Origin: Candidatus Coatesbacteria bacterium
GTDB lineage: Bacteria > RBG-13-66-14 > B26-G2
Assembly: GCA_003647715.1 (NCBI GenBank)
Contig: QMNJ01000003.1
Location: 1-32,438 of the forward strand
Reading direction: 5' to 3'
DNA length: 32,438 nt
Shown: positions 14,918 through 24,370 of the stretch, one piece after another
How the letters are laid out: each line of letters opens with the position of its first letter
How positions within the stretch are numbered: the first letter of the stretch is position 1
Notes under the pieces: model-generated
The model's input: the letters and a program-made list of their open reading frames with translations, nothing else
The model's database searches: none
What the model was told of the DNA's origin: nothing
Made by a program: the position numbers and the translations under genes

Positions 14918-17807
14918 AGGAAACTATACTTCTTCTGGATTTTCATTCATTCTAACAATTAATCTCGCTCTTCTTATGCTAATGGTTATAAATCCTTCTC
15001 ACTGCCTTGCAAGATACAAGGTGAATGATTACCCTTTCAACTGGAATAAATACACAACTGAACACTTCAATATCTATTTTTACGAAGAAGAGGGTTTCCT
15101 CCTTGATTATACAATAGAGGTTTCAGAGACAGCATATCAGAAGATTGCGAGAATTATTGACTTCTATCCGTCTAACAAGATTCCGGTTATAGTATATAAA
15201 TCACACCAGGAGTTTGAGCAAACCAATATCGTAGATATGCCTCTTGGAGAGGGTGTTGGAGGATTTGCAGAGATATTCCATAAGAGGGTGGTGGTTCCCT
15301 TTGATGGCAACATAGAACAATATACCAAGACCCTCATACACGAGATTACCCATGTCTTCACCTTTGAGATGTATTTTGGAGGTATGGGCAGTATATTCTC
15401 GGGTTCAATTATATATCCTGCTGAGTGGTTTATGGAGGGTCTCCCCGAGTTCATCGCCGACGACTGGACACCGGAGGGAGTTCAGGTATTAAGAGATGCT
15501 GTTCTCTCTGGCAAACTCCACAACCTGCGTGACTTAGATGATTTTGACCGCATACCATATAATGAAGTATATCTAGCATACAAAGAAGGTCAGTCCGCAG
15601 TTGAATACCTTGTGGATGAATATGGATTAGATTCGCTCACCGAGTTTGTTCATCAGATAAAGAGGACAGCATCAAGAGATGTTGATAAGGCACTCAAGAA
15701 ATCTATTGGTGTATCCCTCGATGAGTTCAATGAGGACTGGCAGGTATATCTAAAGCGGAAGTTCCTACCAGAGGTCAAGAGAAAAGAGCGACTGAAGGAA
15801 TATGGTGAACGATTGACCCCCTATGAGGAGATATATGATGGTAAATCCTACTTCGTCCCACAATTTACACCTTCGGGTGAACTAATAGTGGCTTTGAGTA
15901 ATCGTGGCAGATTCATTGACGCCTACCTGGTGAAGGTCAAGGACGGAGAGGTCATTGAGAACATAACCAAGGGGTTATCATACAGTTTATTTGACTATAT
16001 CTCACCTATGGACAATTCAATATCTATCTCTGAAGACGGCAACCTACTCACCTTTGTCGCCAGAAAGGGCACCAGAGACCGTCTTTATATTCTTGACATT
16101 GTATTCAAGAAAATTGTGGATGAATACGAACTCCCACTTGACGACATCTCATCCCCTTCATTTTCACCCGACGGCAATCATATCGCTCTGGCAGGTCTAA
16201 AAGATGGAGCCAAGAATATATATGTATTCAATATTAAATCAAATGAGCTCAAACGAATCACCAATATATCAGGTGAGGCAGGAAACCCAAAATGGTCTCC
16301 CGATGGCTCTAAAATCGTCTTCTCTGCTGAAACCACCACCGGGGAACACATCTTTGAGGTTGAAGTTAAAACAGGTAACATTGTTCAATTAACCTTTGGT
16401 GATTGGAACGATAGGTCGCCAGAGTTCTCACCTGACGGCAAAGAAATTATTTTTGTATCCGATAGGGGCGATTCCGTGATGGATATATATGTCTATAACA
16501 TTGAAAGTAAGATGTCCAGAAGAGTATCAAACCTATGGGTCGGCGCTGATAATCCAACCTTCAGTCCATCAGGAGATATGATTGCCTTCACTGGTATGGA
16601 GGATGGTGTATATCAGGTCTGCACAAAACGGCTCCCCCTACCCAACTACGGAGAGATATATGAAGAGAACCCCACTGGTGATGAGGAGGAATATGTTGTG
16701 CTTGAGACAGATGAGGAGACCTTTGAACATACAGAGAAATATGGAGTTGACATGGTTCTTGACTACGCTACCAGCAGTTTAGAATACACTACTGGCGGTG
16801 TTTTCAGAAACTATACAGAGATTGCCTTCTCAGATATCCTGGGCAATCATCGCTTTGATATCCTCTTTGACCTGACCAGCGTCTCAAGCATTGAAGATGT
16901 GGATGCAGGATTTCTCTACCACAATCTTGAACACCGCACTGATATGGGTCTCCTGGTCCAATCGTGGCGTGATTACTACGGTGGAACCAGACCAAAATAC
17001 TACTGGGAGCGTCTATCAGGGGGGGAGGCGCTGTTCTCGTATCCAATCACAACTGTGAATGCCTTCATGATAAACCCATTTTTCTATCATCGGAAACGGG
17101 ACATTTATGAAGAGAGACAGGGAACCACTGTGATGGTTCAAGAAGTGGAAAACAACCTCTGTGGTGTTGAATTAATGTTCATCAGGGACTCACGACTATG
17201 GGGCTACTATAATCCCACCAGCGGGGGCTATAATGCCTTCATCTTTGAACAAACCATACCCCTCCCCAAAACCAAAAGCGACTTACTATACACCAATCTT
17301 ATAATTGACCAGAGAAAGTATATTTATATGTCGCTAAGAAATAGTTTGGCACTCAGATTCGTCGGAGGAACTTCATTTGGCAGGGACCCGCAGAAATTCT
17401 TTGTAGGTGGTGGGTTCAGCATAAGGGGCTATCCATACTATTCATTCTACGGCACCAAGTTCTTCTATGCCACCGCAGAGCTCAGGTTTCCAATAATTGA
17501 TGCAATCTTCACCAGCATCCCTGAGTTCATAATAGGTGGTTTCAGAGGGGTATTATTCATAGATGCGGGAAGTGCCTGGTCAGGTCACAATGTAGAGTGG
17601 GATACAGGTAAGGGTGGTGACAAGTTCAGACCCTGGACAACTGTTGACGGCTTCCACCTACATCACATAAAAGCATCAATCGGGTTTGGTCTGAGATGGG
17701 CATTGTTCAGCTCGTTTGACCTGCGCCTTGACTGGGCATTTCCAACCGACCTGTCGTCAATCCATACTCCACCCTACATACATTTTTCACTCGGACCCTC
17801 ATTCTAA
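14910..17807 (+). CDS. Omp85/BamA-TamA family outer membrane protein with an N-terminal metallopeptidase (MA-like) domain and PD40/TolB-like repeats
   Basis: HEITH plus WFMEG zinc motifs; repeats PSFSPDG, PKWSPDG, PEFSPDG and PTFSPSG; barrel motifs SIRGY and FIDAG; C-terminal IHFSLGPSF. Start is probably TTG 14910 (SD GAGGT upstream) rather than 14853. Confidence 0.85.
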   Translation: MIKGNYTSSGFSFILTINLALLMLMVINPSHCLARYKVNDYPFNWNKYTTEHFNIYFYEEEGFLLDYTIEVSETAYQKIARIIDFYPSNKIPVIVYKSHQEFEQTNIVDMPLGEGVGGFAEIFHKRVVVPFDGNIEQYTKTLIHEITHVFTFEMYFGGMGSIFSGSIIYPAEWFMEGLPEFIADDWTPEGVQVLRDAVLSGKLHNLRDLDDFDRIPYNEVYLAYKEGQSAVEYLVDEYGLDSLTEFVHQIKRTASRDVDKALKKSIGVSLDEFNEDWQVYLKRKFLPEVKRKERLKEYGERLTPYEEIYDGKSYFVPQFTPSGELIVALSNRGRFIDAYLVKVKDGEVIENITKGLSYSLFDYISPMDNSISISEDGNLLTFVARKGTRDRLYILDIVFKKIVDEYELPLDDISSPSFSPDGNHIALAGLKDGAKNIYVFNIKSNELKRITNISGEAGNPKWSPDGSKIVFSAETTTGEHIFEVEVKTGNIVQLTFGDWNDRSPEFSPDGKEIIFVSDRGDSVMDIYVYNIESKMSRRVSNLWVGADNPTFSPSGDMIAFTGMEDGVYQVCTKRLPLPNYGEIYEENPTGDEEEYVVLETDEETFEHTEKYGVDMVLDYATSSLEYTTGGVFRNYTEIAFSDILGNHRFDILFDLTSVSSIEDVDAGFLYHNLEHRTDMGLLVQSWRDYYGGTRPKYYWERLSGGEALFSYPITTVNAFMINPFFYHRKRDIYEERQGTTVMVQEVENNLCGVELMFIRDSRLWGYYNPTSGGYNAFIFEQTIPLPKTKSDLLYTNLIIDQRKYIYMSLRNSLALRFVGGTSFGRDPQKFFVGGGFSIRGYPYYSFYGTKFFYATAELRFPIIDAIFTSIPEFIIGGFRGVLFIDAGSAWSGHNVEWDTGKGGDKFRPWTTVDGFHLHHIKASIGFGLRWALFSSFDLRLDWAFPTDLSSIHTPPYIHFSLGPSF

Positions 17808-17849
17808 ACAGTATAAACTATTGAAATCCCGCCACCTATGGAATTTCTC

Positions 17850-18995
17850 TCATTGGACCTCTTCTATCTCAACACAACTCTCACTCAGAAATGCTGATAT
17901 ATAATCATCCACAGGCAAAGCCCTCTCGGGCGTTAGAACGCCTTTATCCACCACCTTTCCCTCAGCAATAAACTTCGCCACCAGCACAGTTGGTAACGAT
18001 GTCCCCACCATCATTGCGGACAGACCCATGTCCTCATCTGGTTCAATTATGAATTTATACCTGAACTCGCAACTCTCCCCGCCACTCTCGCCCCTCGCCC
18101 ACCAATATACCAGAACCACATCATCCCCATCCTTTGGTAGATAATGCTCAAGAAGCGCTGAGAGAACCCTTCTCGGTGATGAATTAAGCCCTGATAATCC
18201 AATTACCCTATCTTCGCCAAGACCCAGATACTTAAGACCCTGCATCAATTTACAGTGCCCCCTATACCTCAGGGTCTTGTAATCTATTTCCCTCACACAG
18301 CCCTGATAGGTCTCTGGGAGTGTTGATGAACCACCAGAGGTATTAAACGCCTCCAGAACCCCATAATCACCACCAAACCTAACCTCCTCAATATCAGTAA
18401 GTGCCTCCACCCAGCATACATCACCGCCCCTGAGAACCTTACATGGCTCCACATATTCATTAACCAGACCATTCACCGAGAATACTATCTGATAATTAAA
18501 AGGAGGTACAGGGTCTATTGGCAATCCACCCACCCTTATGTGAACCTCGTCGCATCTATCAAATTCTGAGATTGCCTTCGCCACCAGGACATTGCTCAAT
18601 CCTGGTGCGAGCCCGCAATCGGGCACAATAATTACACCCGCCTCTCTGGCCCTATCATTCATTGCCAATTGAGACATTACCACATCATTGTTGCCCCCCA
18701 TATCACACATACTTACACCTGCATCTATGCATGCCTCAGTGATGGTCAGATTTAGGTAGTATGGAAGCGCACATATCACCGCATCAGAACCGTTCACAAT
18801 ATCAATAATGTCGCTCTTATCTATAATCGTTGTATTCAAGACCTCCACCCTTTTATCGGACACTACGCTCTCCAATTTGCTCAGCAGTATTTCATCCCGT
18901 TCCACAATCCTCAGATTAGTGGTCTCATCCCAGGAGAGGAGATATTCAGCGCAAGCGCCGCCCATCTTACCCGCACCTAATAGTGTAAACCTCAT
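17850..18995 (-). CDS. Saccharopine dehydrogenase / lysine 6-dehydrogenase family oxidoreductase
   Basis: LGAGKMG, ALPYYLN, PDCGLAPGLSN, VGGLP, EAFNTSGG and YKTLRYRGH. Confidence 0.88.
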   Translation of the reverse strand: MRFTLLGAGKMGGACAEYLLSWDETTNLRIVERDEILLSKLESVVSDKRVEVLNTTIIDKSDIIDIVNGSDAVICALPYYLNLTITEACIDAGVSMCDMGGNNDVVMSQLAMNDRAREAGVIIVPDCGLAPGLSNVLVAKAISEFDRCDEVHIRVGGLPIDPVPPFNYQIVFSVNGLVNEYVEPCKVLRGGDVCWVEALTDIEEVRFGGDYGVLEAFNTSGGSSTLPETYQGCVREIDYKTLRYRGHCKLMQGLKYLGLGEDRVIGLSGLNSSPRRVLSALLEHYLPKDGDDVVLVYWWARGESGGESCEFRYKFIIEPDEDMGLSAMMVGTSLPTVLVAKFIAEGKVVDKGVLTPERALPVDDYISAFLSESCVEIEEVQ

Positions 18996-19050
18996 AATAG
19001 AAGATTATAAGAATATTCAGTTGAAAGAATAAGTAAATTTTAATTATGCA

Positions 19051-20745
19051 TTATTTAATACATATAAATCTCATGGTGTCAGATGCTATCCCGTCGCTTA
19101 ACCTCAATACATAGACACCAGAATTGAAATTGTCAAGCAATATAGAAAACTCTCCCTCACCACCCGAGACATTAAAAACCCTCTTAAGCACCTTCCTGCC
19201 TGATATATCAAATATGTCAGCAGATAACACACCACAGGGTGAACTAAACATAACATCTATGTAATCATCTGAAGGTGATGGACTGACACTAAGTATCTTA
19301 ACTACACCAACCTCAGTGGGGATTTCTCTGTTTGCGCATTCACTTGAAAGCATCTCATTGCATAATGCATTCTCCACACTTATGATTCCGCTCCCCATAA
19401 GACCCTTTTCCCACTCCTCATCGCCAATCATTGGCTTCGTAGAATTATGAACTACCCACATAATCGCCTTGCCTCCGAGAGAGGGATTCTGCGCCTTTAT
19501 CAGAGCACACAGACCACTTACCTGTGGGGCTGACATAGAGGTTCCAGAGCGTGATACATAGATATGCTCGCCAAGGTAACGCCTGTAGGTGCTCATAATA
19601 GAGAATGCAGGTGCAGATACATCCACATTACTGCCATAAGATGAGAATATCGCCCTCCTTCCATTCATATCACTACCCGCAACACAGAAGGTATCACCCC
19701 TTGAGGCAAGGTAGTGAGAATACTCATCACCAGTATTTCCCACAGCCACAACAACAACCACACCCTTTGAGACGGCATAACTTACCGCAGCGCTTATCCC
19801 ACCCGAGTTTGATGAACTCCAGCTACAGTTAACCACACAAGCGCCCATATTAACAGCATAGAATATGGCTCTGGCGCAGAAATCCATCCTCACGAAGCCG
19901 TAGGGACCCCAGCCCCATCCAGCCCTCAACACCATTATCCTGGCACCCCAGCCCACTCCCGATACCCCCACACCATTGTCTGTGGTAGCAGATGCAACAC
20001 CGGCAACCAGCGTCCCATGCCCATACCAGTCCATAGGGTCATTATCCTCAATAAAGCAATCCTCATATCTGTCTCCCCTCACCCCGTGGACGAAGTCCCA
20101 GCCGATTATGTCATCAACATAGCCATTTTTATCATCATCAACACCATTATCAGGGACCTCACCATCATTTATCCATATAGAATTAATCAGGTCAGGGTGA
20201 CGATAGTCAACTCCCGTATCAATAATGGCAATTATGGGGGAGGCATCGCCGTGCTCATATATCCAGCCCTCGGGAGCGTCAATATCAACATACGATTCGG
20301 AATCAAGATACCACTGCTCGGAGAAGAGGGGGTCGTCGGGATAGATGGCAAACACTGGGCATACACCGATTCTCTCCACATGCTCAATACATTGGCAGGA
20401 GGAGAAGTCATTGATTACATCTTCCAGCCGGTGGAGGGGTGAGAACTCAACTATATAGTAGCCGGAGAGGTCAACAGATGTGTTAGAATACCTCTCAGAT
20501 GCTGGAAACTCCCTTTCAAAGCGGTATATACCATATTTACCAATTAGCCAATCAATCTCAGCAACACCCGTTTCCAGTTCTCCATTGTTAAATACAGGGC
20601 AGATAATATCCCTATATTCAGGGGCAATGTTAACCACAAAGCCATTTTCCACATATTGATTACTCATATCAGCACTTGAAGGCAAATAAAGGAATAAATA
20701 TGAAAGGATTATAAAGAGAGGAAGAACTGTCAACATTGTCTTCAT
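19051..20745 (-). CDS. Secreted S8 (subtilisin-family) serine peptidase with a T9SS-like C-terminal sorting domain
   Basis: Signal peptide; catalytic triad IIDTG / HGTLVAG / SGTSMSAP; NGVDDDKNGYVDD insert; C-terminal SPSPS...IFDISGRKV...SGVYVLRL...RFICIK. Confidence 0.9.
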   Translation of the reverse strand: MKTMLTVLPLFIILSYLFLYLPSSADMSNQYVENGFVVNIAPEYRDIICPVFNNGELETGVAEIDWLIGKYGIYRFEREFPASERYSNTSVDLSGYYIVEFSPLHRLEDVINDFSSCQCIEHVERIGVCPVFAIYPDDPLFSEQWYLDSESYVDIDAPEGWIYEHGDASPIIAIIDTGVDYRHPDLINSIWINDGEVPDNGVDDDKNGYVDDIIGWDFVHGVRGDRYEDCFIEDNDPMDWYGHGTLVAGVASATTDNGVGVSGVGWGARIMVLRAGWGWGPYGFVRMDFCARAIFYAVNMGACVVNCSWSSSNSGGISAAVSYAVSKGVVVVVAVGNTGDEYSHYLASRGDTFCVAGSDMNGRRAIFSSYGSNVDVSAPAFSIMSTYRRYLGEHIYVSRSGTSMSAPQVSGLCALIKAQNPSLGGKAIMWVVHNSTKPMIGDEEWEKGLMGSGIISVENALCNEMLSSECANREIPTEVGVVKILSVSPSPSDDYIDVMFSSPCGVLSADIFDISGRKVLKRVFNVSGGEGEFSILLDNFNSGVYVLRLSDGIASDTMRFICIK

Positions 20746-20779
20746 ATATCAATTATGCAGATTCTGATGTCAGAGTATG

Positions 20780-21748
20780 TCACTGATTATAAATTAGAGA
20801 TTTCATTATCTTCATCGTAGTCGGTTTGAAACCTGGTAACTCAAGATAGAATATATCACTCCCCCCCGCATATCCGGGTCTGTCGGATGACCATACCAAA
20901 TAATCACCCTCAAGTATTGCCAGCCCCCAGTCATTGAATTGAGAATTGATGGGAGCAGGAAGGCGAACCACAGTGGATATACCTTTCAATACATCCTCAG
21001 TGAAGTAGATGTCATATCCCTCGCTATCATCCCTGCCATCGGAGGACCAGAACAGACCAAACTCAGAAAGAAACGGGTATTTCTCATTCCCCGAAGTATT
21101 TATCAAAGGACCCAGATTGACCGGTGCTGACCACTTACTATCACTCCTCATAGAAAGCCACAGGTCAAGACCTCCATAGCCACCATTCCGGTTAGAGGCA
21201 AATATCAGAATTGTTCCATCATCATTTACGAATGGACAGACATCAACATAACTGGTATTTATACTATCACCAAGATTACTAACATCCCTGACTATCACCC
21301 TCTTACTGCCTCCAACCACTAACGCTCCATAGATGTCCTCACAGCCATACCCTCCCGGTCTATCAGAGTGAAAAAACAGTTTGCCTAAATCACTACTGTA
21401 TGATGGCGATGCCTCAACATATCTGGTATTCAAACCAGTCAGAGGAGTTCCTGATGTGCTCTTGATGAAAATGCTTTCCACCAACTCACCCTCTGCGCTC
21501 ATATCCGCCATACCACCAAATATGGTATCGCAGGAGACGAACCATATGTCCCAGTCGTATGGCTCATCGCCATACCCGGAGGCAGAATATATAAGCCAGT
21601 TATCAACCAAAGTGATACCACTTTCATTACCTGACCCGCTTATAATTGCTAAATTCGGCTTCACAGAATATATCTCATAGAACGAATAAGACATCACAGT
21701 TAGCGATGATAACAACATAAACAGAACTAACAATCTACAAACTTCCAT
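20780..21748 (-). CDS. Secreted PD40 (WD40-like) repeat protein
   Basis: Signal peptide; repeats LFFHSDRPGGYGCEDIY, LIFASNRNGGYGGLDLW, WSSDRPGYAGGSDIF and NLGPLINT. Confidence 0.85.
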   Translation of the reverse strand: MEVCRLLVLFMLLSSLTVMSYSFYEIYSVKPNLAIISGSGNESGITLVDNWLIYSASGYGDEPYDWDIWFVSCDTIFGGMADMSAEGELVESIFIKSTSGTPLTGLNTRYVEASPSYSSDLGKLFFHSDRPGGYGCEDIYGALVVGGSKRVIVRDVSNLGDSINTSYVDVCPFVNDDGTILIFASNRNGGYGGLDLWLSMRSDSKWSAPVNLGPLINTSGNEKYPFLSEFGLFWSSDGRDDSEGYDIYFTEDVLKGISTVVRLPAPINSQFNDWGLAILEGDYLVWSSDRPGYAGGSDIFYLELPGFKPTTMKIMKSLIYNQ

Positions 21749-21882
21749 ATATGAAATGATAGCATAACATATTCCATCATATTACATGATAATTAACAGA
21801 TACAATTAAAGTTTTATATCACCAAAGAAGCACAACTTCTGGTAATATTCTTAATAAGTATTATGAGGGAGGAATAATTGAT

Positions 21883-22815
21883 ATGAAACATATTGTAACC
21901 GGGGGTGCGGGCTTTATTGGTTCTCATCTCGTAGACCGATTGATTGATGCAGGTGATGAGGTAATGGTCATTGACAACCTCTCAACCGGCAAAAGAGAGT
22001 TTGTGAATGCAAAGGCGAAATTTATAGAAGGCGACATAGTGGATAAGGACATGATTGAAAGGGTCTATTCAGAATACAAGCCCGACTATCTCCATCACCT
22101 TGCTGCGCAGATAGATGTCAGATACTCGTTTGACCATCCTATCATAGACGCCCAAGTGAACATCATCGGCACCCTCAATCTTATTGAGTCGGCAAGGAGG
22201 TATAGTACCAGAAGGATTGTCTTCGCATCCAGCGGTGGAACGGTCTATGGTGAGCCGGATAGAAATCCTGTGCCTGAGAGTTATCCCAATATCCCTGTCT
22301 CTCCCTATGGAATGTCCAAACTTGTCTCCGAGAAATACCTGGACCTCTATAAGCGCCTTTATGGGCTTAATTATGTATCCCTCCGCCTGGGGAATGTCTT
22401 TGGACCCAGACAGAGTCCCAAAGGTGAATGTGGGGTCTTCTCCATCTTCGCTTTGAAGATGCTCAAAGGTGAGAGACCTACAATCTATGGCGACGGCACA
22501 GCGACACGCGACTACATCTTTGTAGATGATGTCATAGATTCATTCATTGCATCTCTTGATGAAAATATCCCCTCTGATTACTATAATATCGGTAGAGGGG
22601 AGGAAACATCTACGAAAGAAGTATATGACCTCCTTGCTAAAGTGGTTGGATACTCAGAAGAACCAATATATAGCGACCCCAGACCTGGAGAGGTTTACCA
22701 GATATCCCTTGATATTTCAAAGGCGAAGGAGAACCTAAAATGGGAGCCGAAGACCTCTCTTGAGGAAGGGGTTAGAAAGCTCATTGAGTATATAAAAGAG
22801 AAGGAATTTTACTAA
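21883..22815 (+). CDS. NAD-dependent epimerase/dehydratase (UDP-glucose 4-epimerase-like)
   Basis: VTGGAGFIGSH, HLAAQIDVR, SSGG and the YxxxK motif YGMSK; SD GGAGG. Confidence 0.9.
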   Translation: MKHIVTGGAGFIGSHLVDRLIDAGDEVMVIDNLSTGKREFVNAKAKFIEGDIVDKDMIERVYSEYKPDYLHHLAAQIDVRYSFDHPIIDAQVNIIGTLNLIESARRYSTRRIVFASSGGTVYGEPDRNPVPESYPNIPVSPYGMSKLVSEKYLDLYKRLYGLNYVSLRLGNVFGPRQSPKGECGVFSIFALKMLKGERPTIYGDGTATRDYIFVDDVIDSFIASLDENIPSDYYNIGRGEETSTKEVYDLLAKVVGYSEEPIYSDPRPGEVYQISLDISKAKENLKWEPKTSLEEGVRKLIEYIKEKEFY

Positions 22816-22828
22816 GGAGGGAAAAGAA

Positions 22829-23494
22829 ATGAAGATTGTATGGTTTGGTCACTCATCATTCAAGATTACCACACGAGACGATATCAGTATAGTTACTGAC
22901 CCATATGAGAGCGGGGCATTTGGTGGGGCACTCAACTATAAGCCCATTGACACTAATGCAGATATTATAACCATAAGCCACTCACATGCTGACCACAACT
23001 TCATCCAGGCGGTCAGTGGGAATCCGGAGGTAGTCAGGGAATCAGGCGAATACACCATCAAGGGCATAAAGATTATCGGACTTGACACATATCATGACAA
23101 AAGCAAGGGTAGAGAACGTGGCGAGAATGTTATATTCATATTTGAGGCAGATGAACTCAGAATAGCGCATCTTGGAGACCTGGGTTGCGAGCCATCACCC
23201 AACATCATAGATGTTCTGAAGGGCGTTGATATTCTAATGATACCAGTAGGCGGAACCTACACTATAAACGCGAAAGAAGCAAGAGACCTGATAGAGAAAA
23301 TCGCGCCCCGCATAGTAATCCCCATGCACTTCAAGACCGATGCAGTGGAATTCCCCATAGATAAAATTGATGCCTTCATAAGTGAATTTGGTAAAGACCA
23401 TATCAAGAACCTCAATACCAGCACCTACGACACAGAAACGGACGGATTTCCAGAGGAGACACAGGCGATAATACTGAAACCACTTAGAATGTAA
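22829..23494 (+). CDS. MBL-fold metallo-hydrolase
   Basis: WFGHSSF, TDPY, SHSHADH, HLGDLG, IPVGG and IPMH; SD AAGGAGG. Confidence 0.9.
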   Translation: MKIVWFGHSSFKITTRDDISIVTDPYESGAFGGALNYKPIDTNADIITISHSHADHNFIQAVSGNPEVVRESGEYTIKGIKIIGLDTYHDKSKGRERGENVIFIFEADELRIAHLGDLGCEPSPNIIDVLKGVDILMIPVGGTYTINAKEARDLIEKIAPRIVIPMHFKTDAVEFPIDKIDAFISEFGKDHIKNLNTSTYDTETDGFPEETQAIILKPLRM

Positions 23495-23509
23495 GTATTC
23501 AAAACCGCT

Positions 23510-24349
23510 TTGAGAGAGATTGACATATTGAAGGTCAAGCAGACAGTTTACTGTATGTTCCTAGAGATGAACAGGAGATTACCGAGGGATGTCTTCAATG
23601 TCATCAAATCCGCCCATAAGAGAGAGACACACAAGGTAGCCAGAACCATTCTGAAGCAGATACTTGATAATGCAGAAATTGCGGAGAAGGAGGGTCTGGC
23701 ACTATGTCAGGATACAGGGACTGCTGTTATCTATATTGAGAAGGGAGAGAAGGTGCTGGTGAATGGCAATCTTATAGAAGCGATAGAGGATGGCGTTGAG
23801 AAGGCATACATAGATGGCTTCTATAGAAAGAGTATGGTCAAGCATCCACTTGACAGGGTAAATACCAATAACAACCTGCCCGCATCGGTCCATATAGAGA
23901 TGGTTGGTGGTGATGATTTCGTAATTATGGGGATGGCGAAGGGCGGTGGGTCAGAGAACGCATCCAGGGTCTATATGCTCAATCCCACCACCACTGAGGA
24001 TGAGGTTGCAGATACTGTAGCAGAAGACCTCATTGAGATAGGAGGCAGGGCTTGTCCACCGTTATTTGTCGGCATCTGTATAGGCGGTGACCTCACACTG
24101 GCGCCCTCACGGGCAAAGCAACTATTATTCCGCGAGGTTGGAAAAAAATCGGGCGACCTAATCTCAGATAGAATTGCCAGCAAGGTTAAAGAGCGTCTGA
24201 ATAGAAGCGGTGTGGGTCCAATGGGTCTTGGTGGCGATACAACCTGCCTTGAGGTCTGGGCTGATGCCCTGCCCTGCCACATCGCATCCCTTCCGGTTGC
24301 GGTGAGCGTATGCTGTCACAGTTTGAGACGGGCAGTAGTGAGAATATAA
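23510..24349 (+). CDS. Fe-S hydro-lyase alpha subunit (class I fumarate hydratase / tartrate dehydratase alpha)
   Basis: CQDTG, KGGGSEN, ACPP, GPMGLGG and PCHIASLPVAV; TTG start. Confidence 0.9.
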   Translation: MREIDILKVKQTVYCMFLEMNRRLPRDVFNVIKSAHKRETHKVARTILKQILDNAEIAEKEGLALCQDTGTAVIYIEKGEKVLVNGNLIEAIEDGVEKAYIDGFYRKSMVKHPLDRVNTNNNLPASVHIEMVGGDDFVIMGMAKGGGSENASRVYMLNPTTTEDEVADTVAEDLIEIGGRACPPLFVGICIGGDLTLAPSRAKQLLFREVGKKSGDLISDRIASKVKERLNRSGVGPMGLGGDTTCLEVWADALPCHIASLPVAVSVCCHSLRRAVVRI

Positions 24350-24370
24350 TATAATGGAAATATCTTTGAA

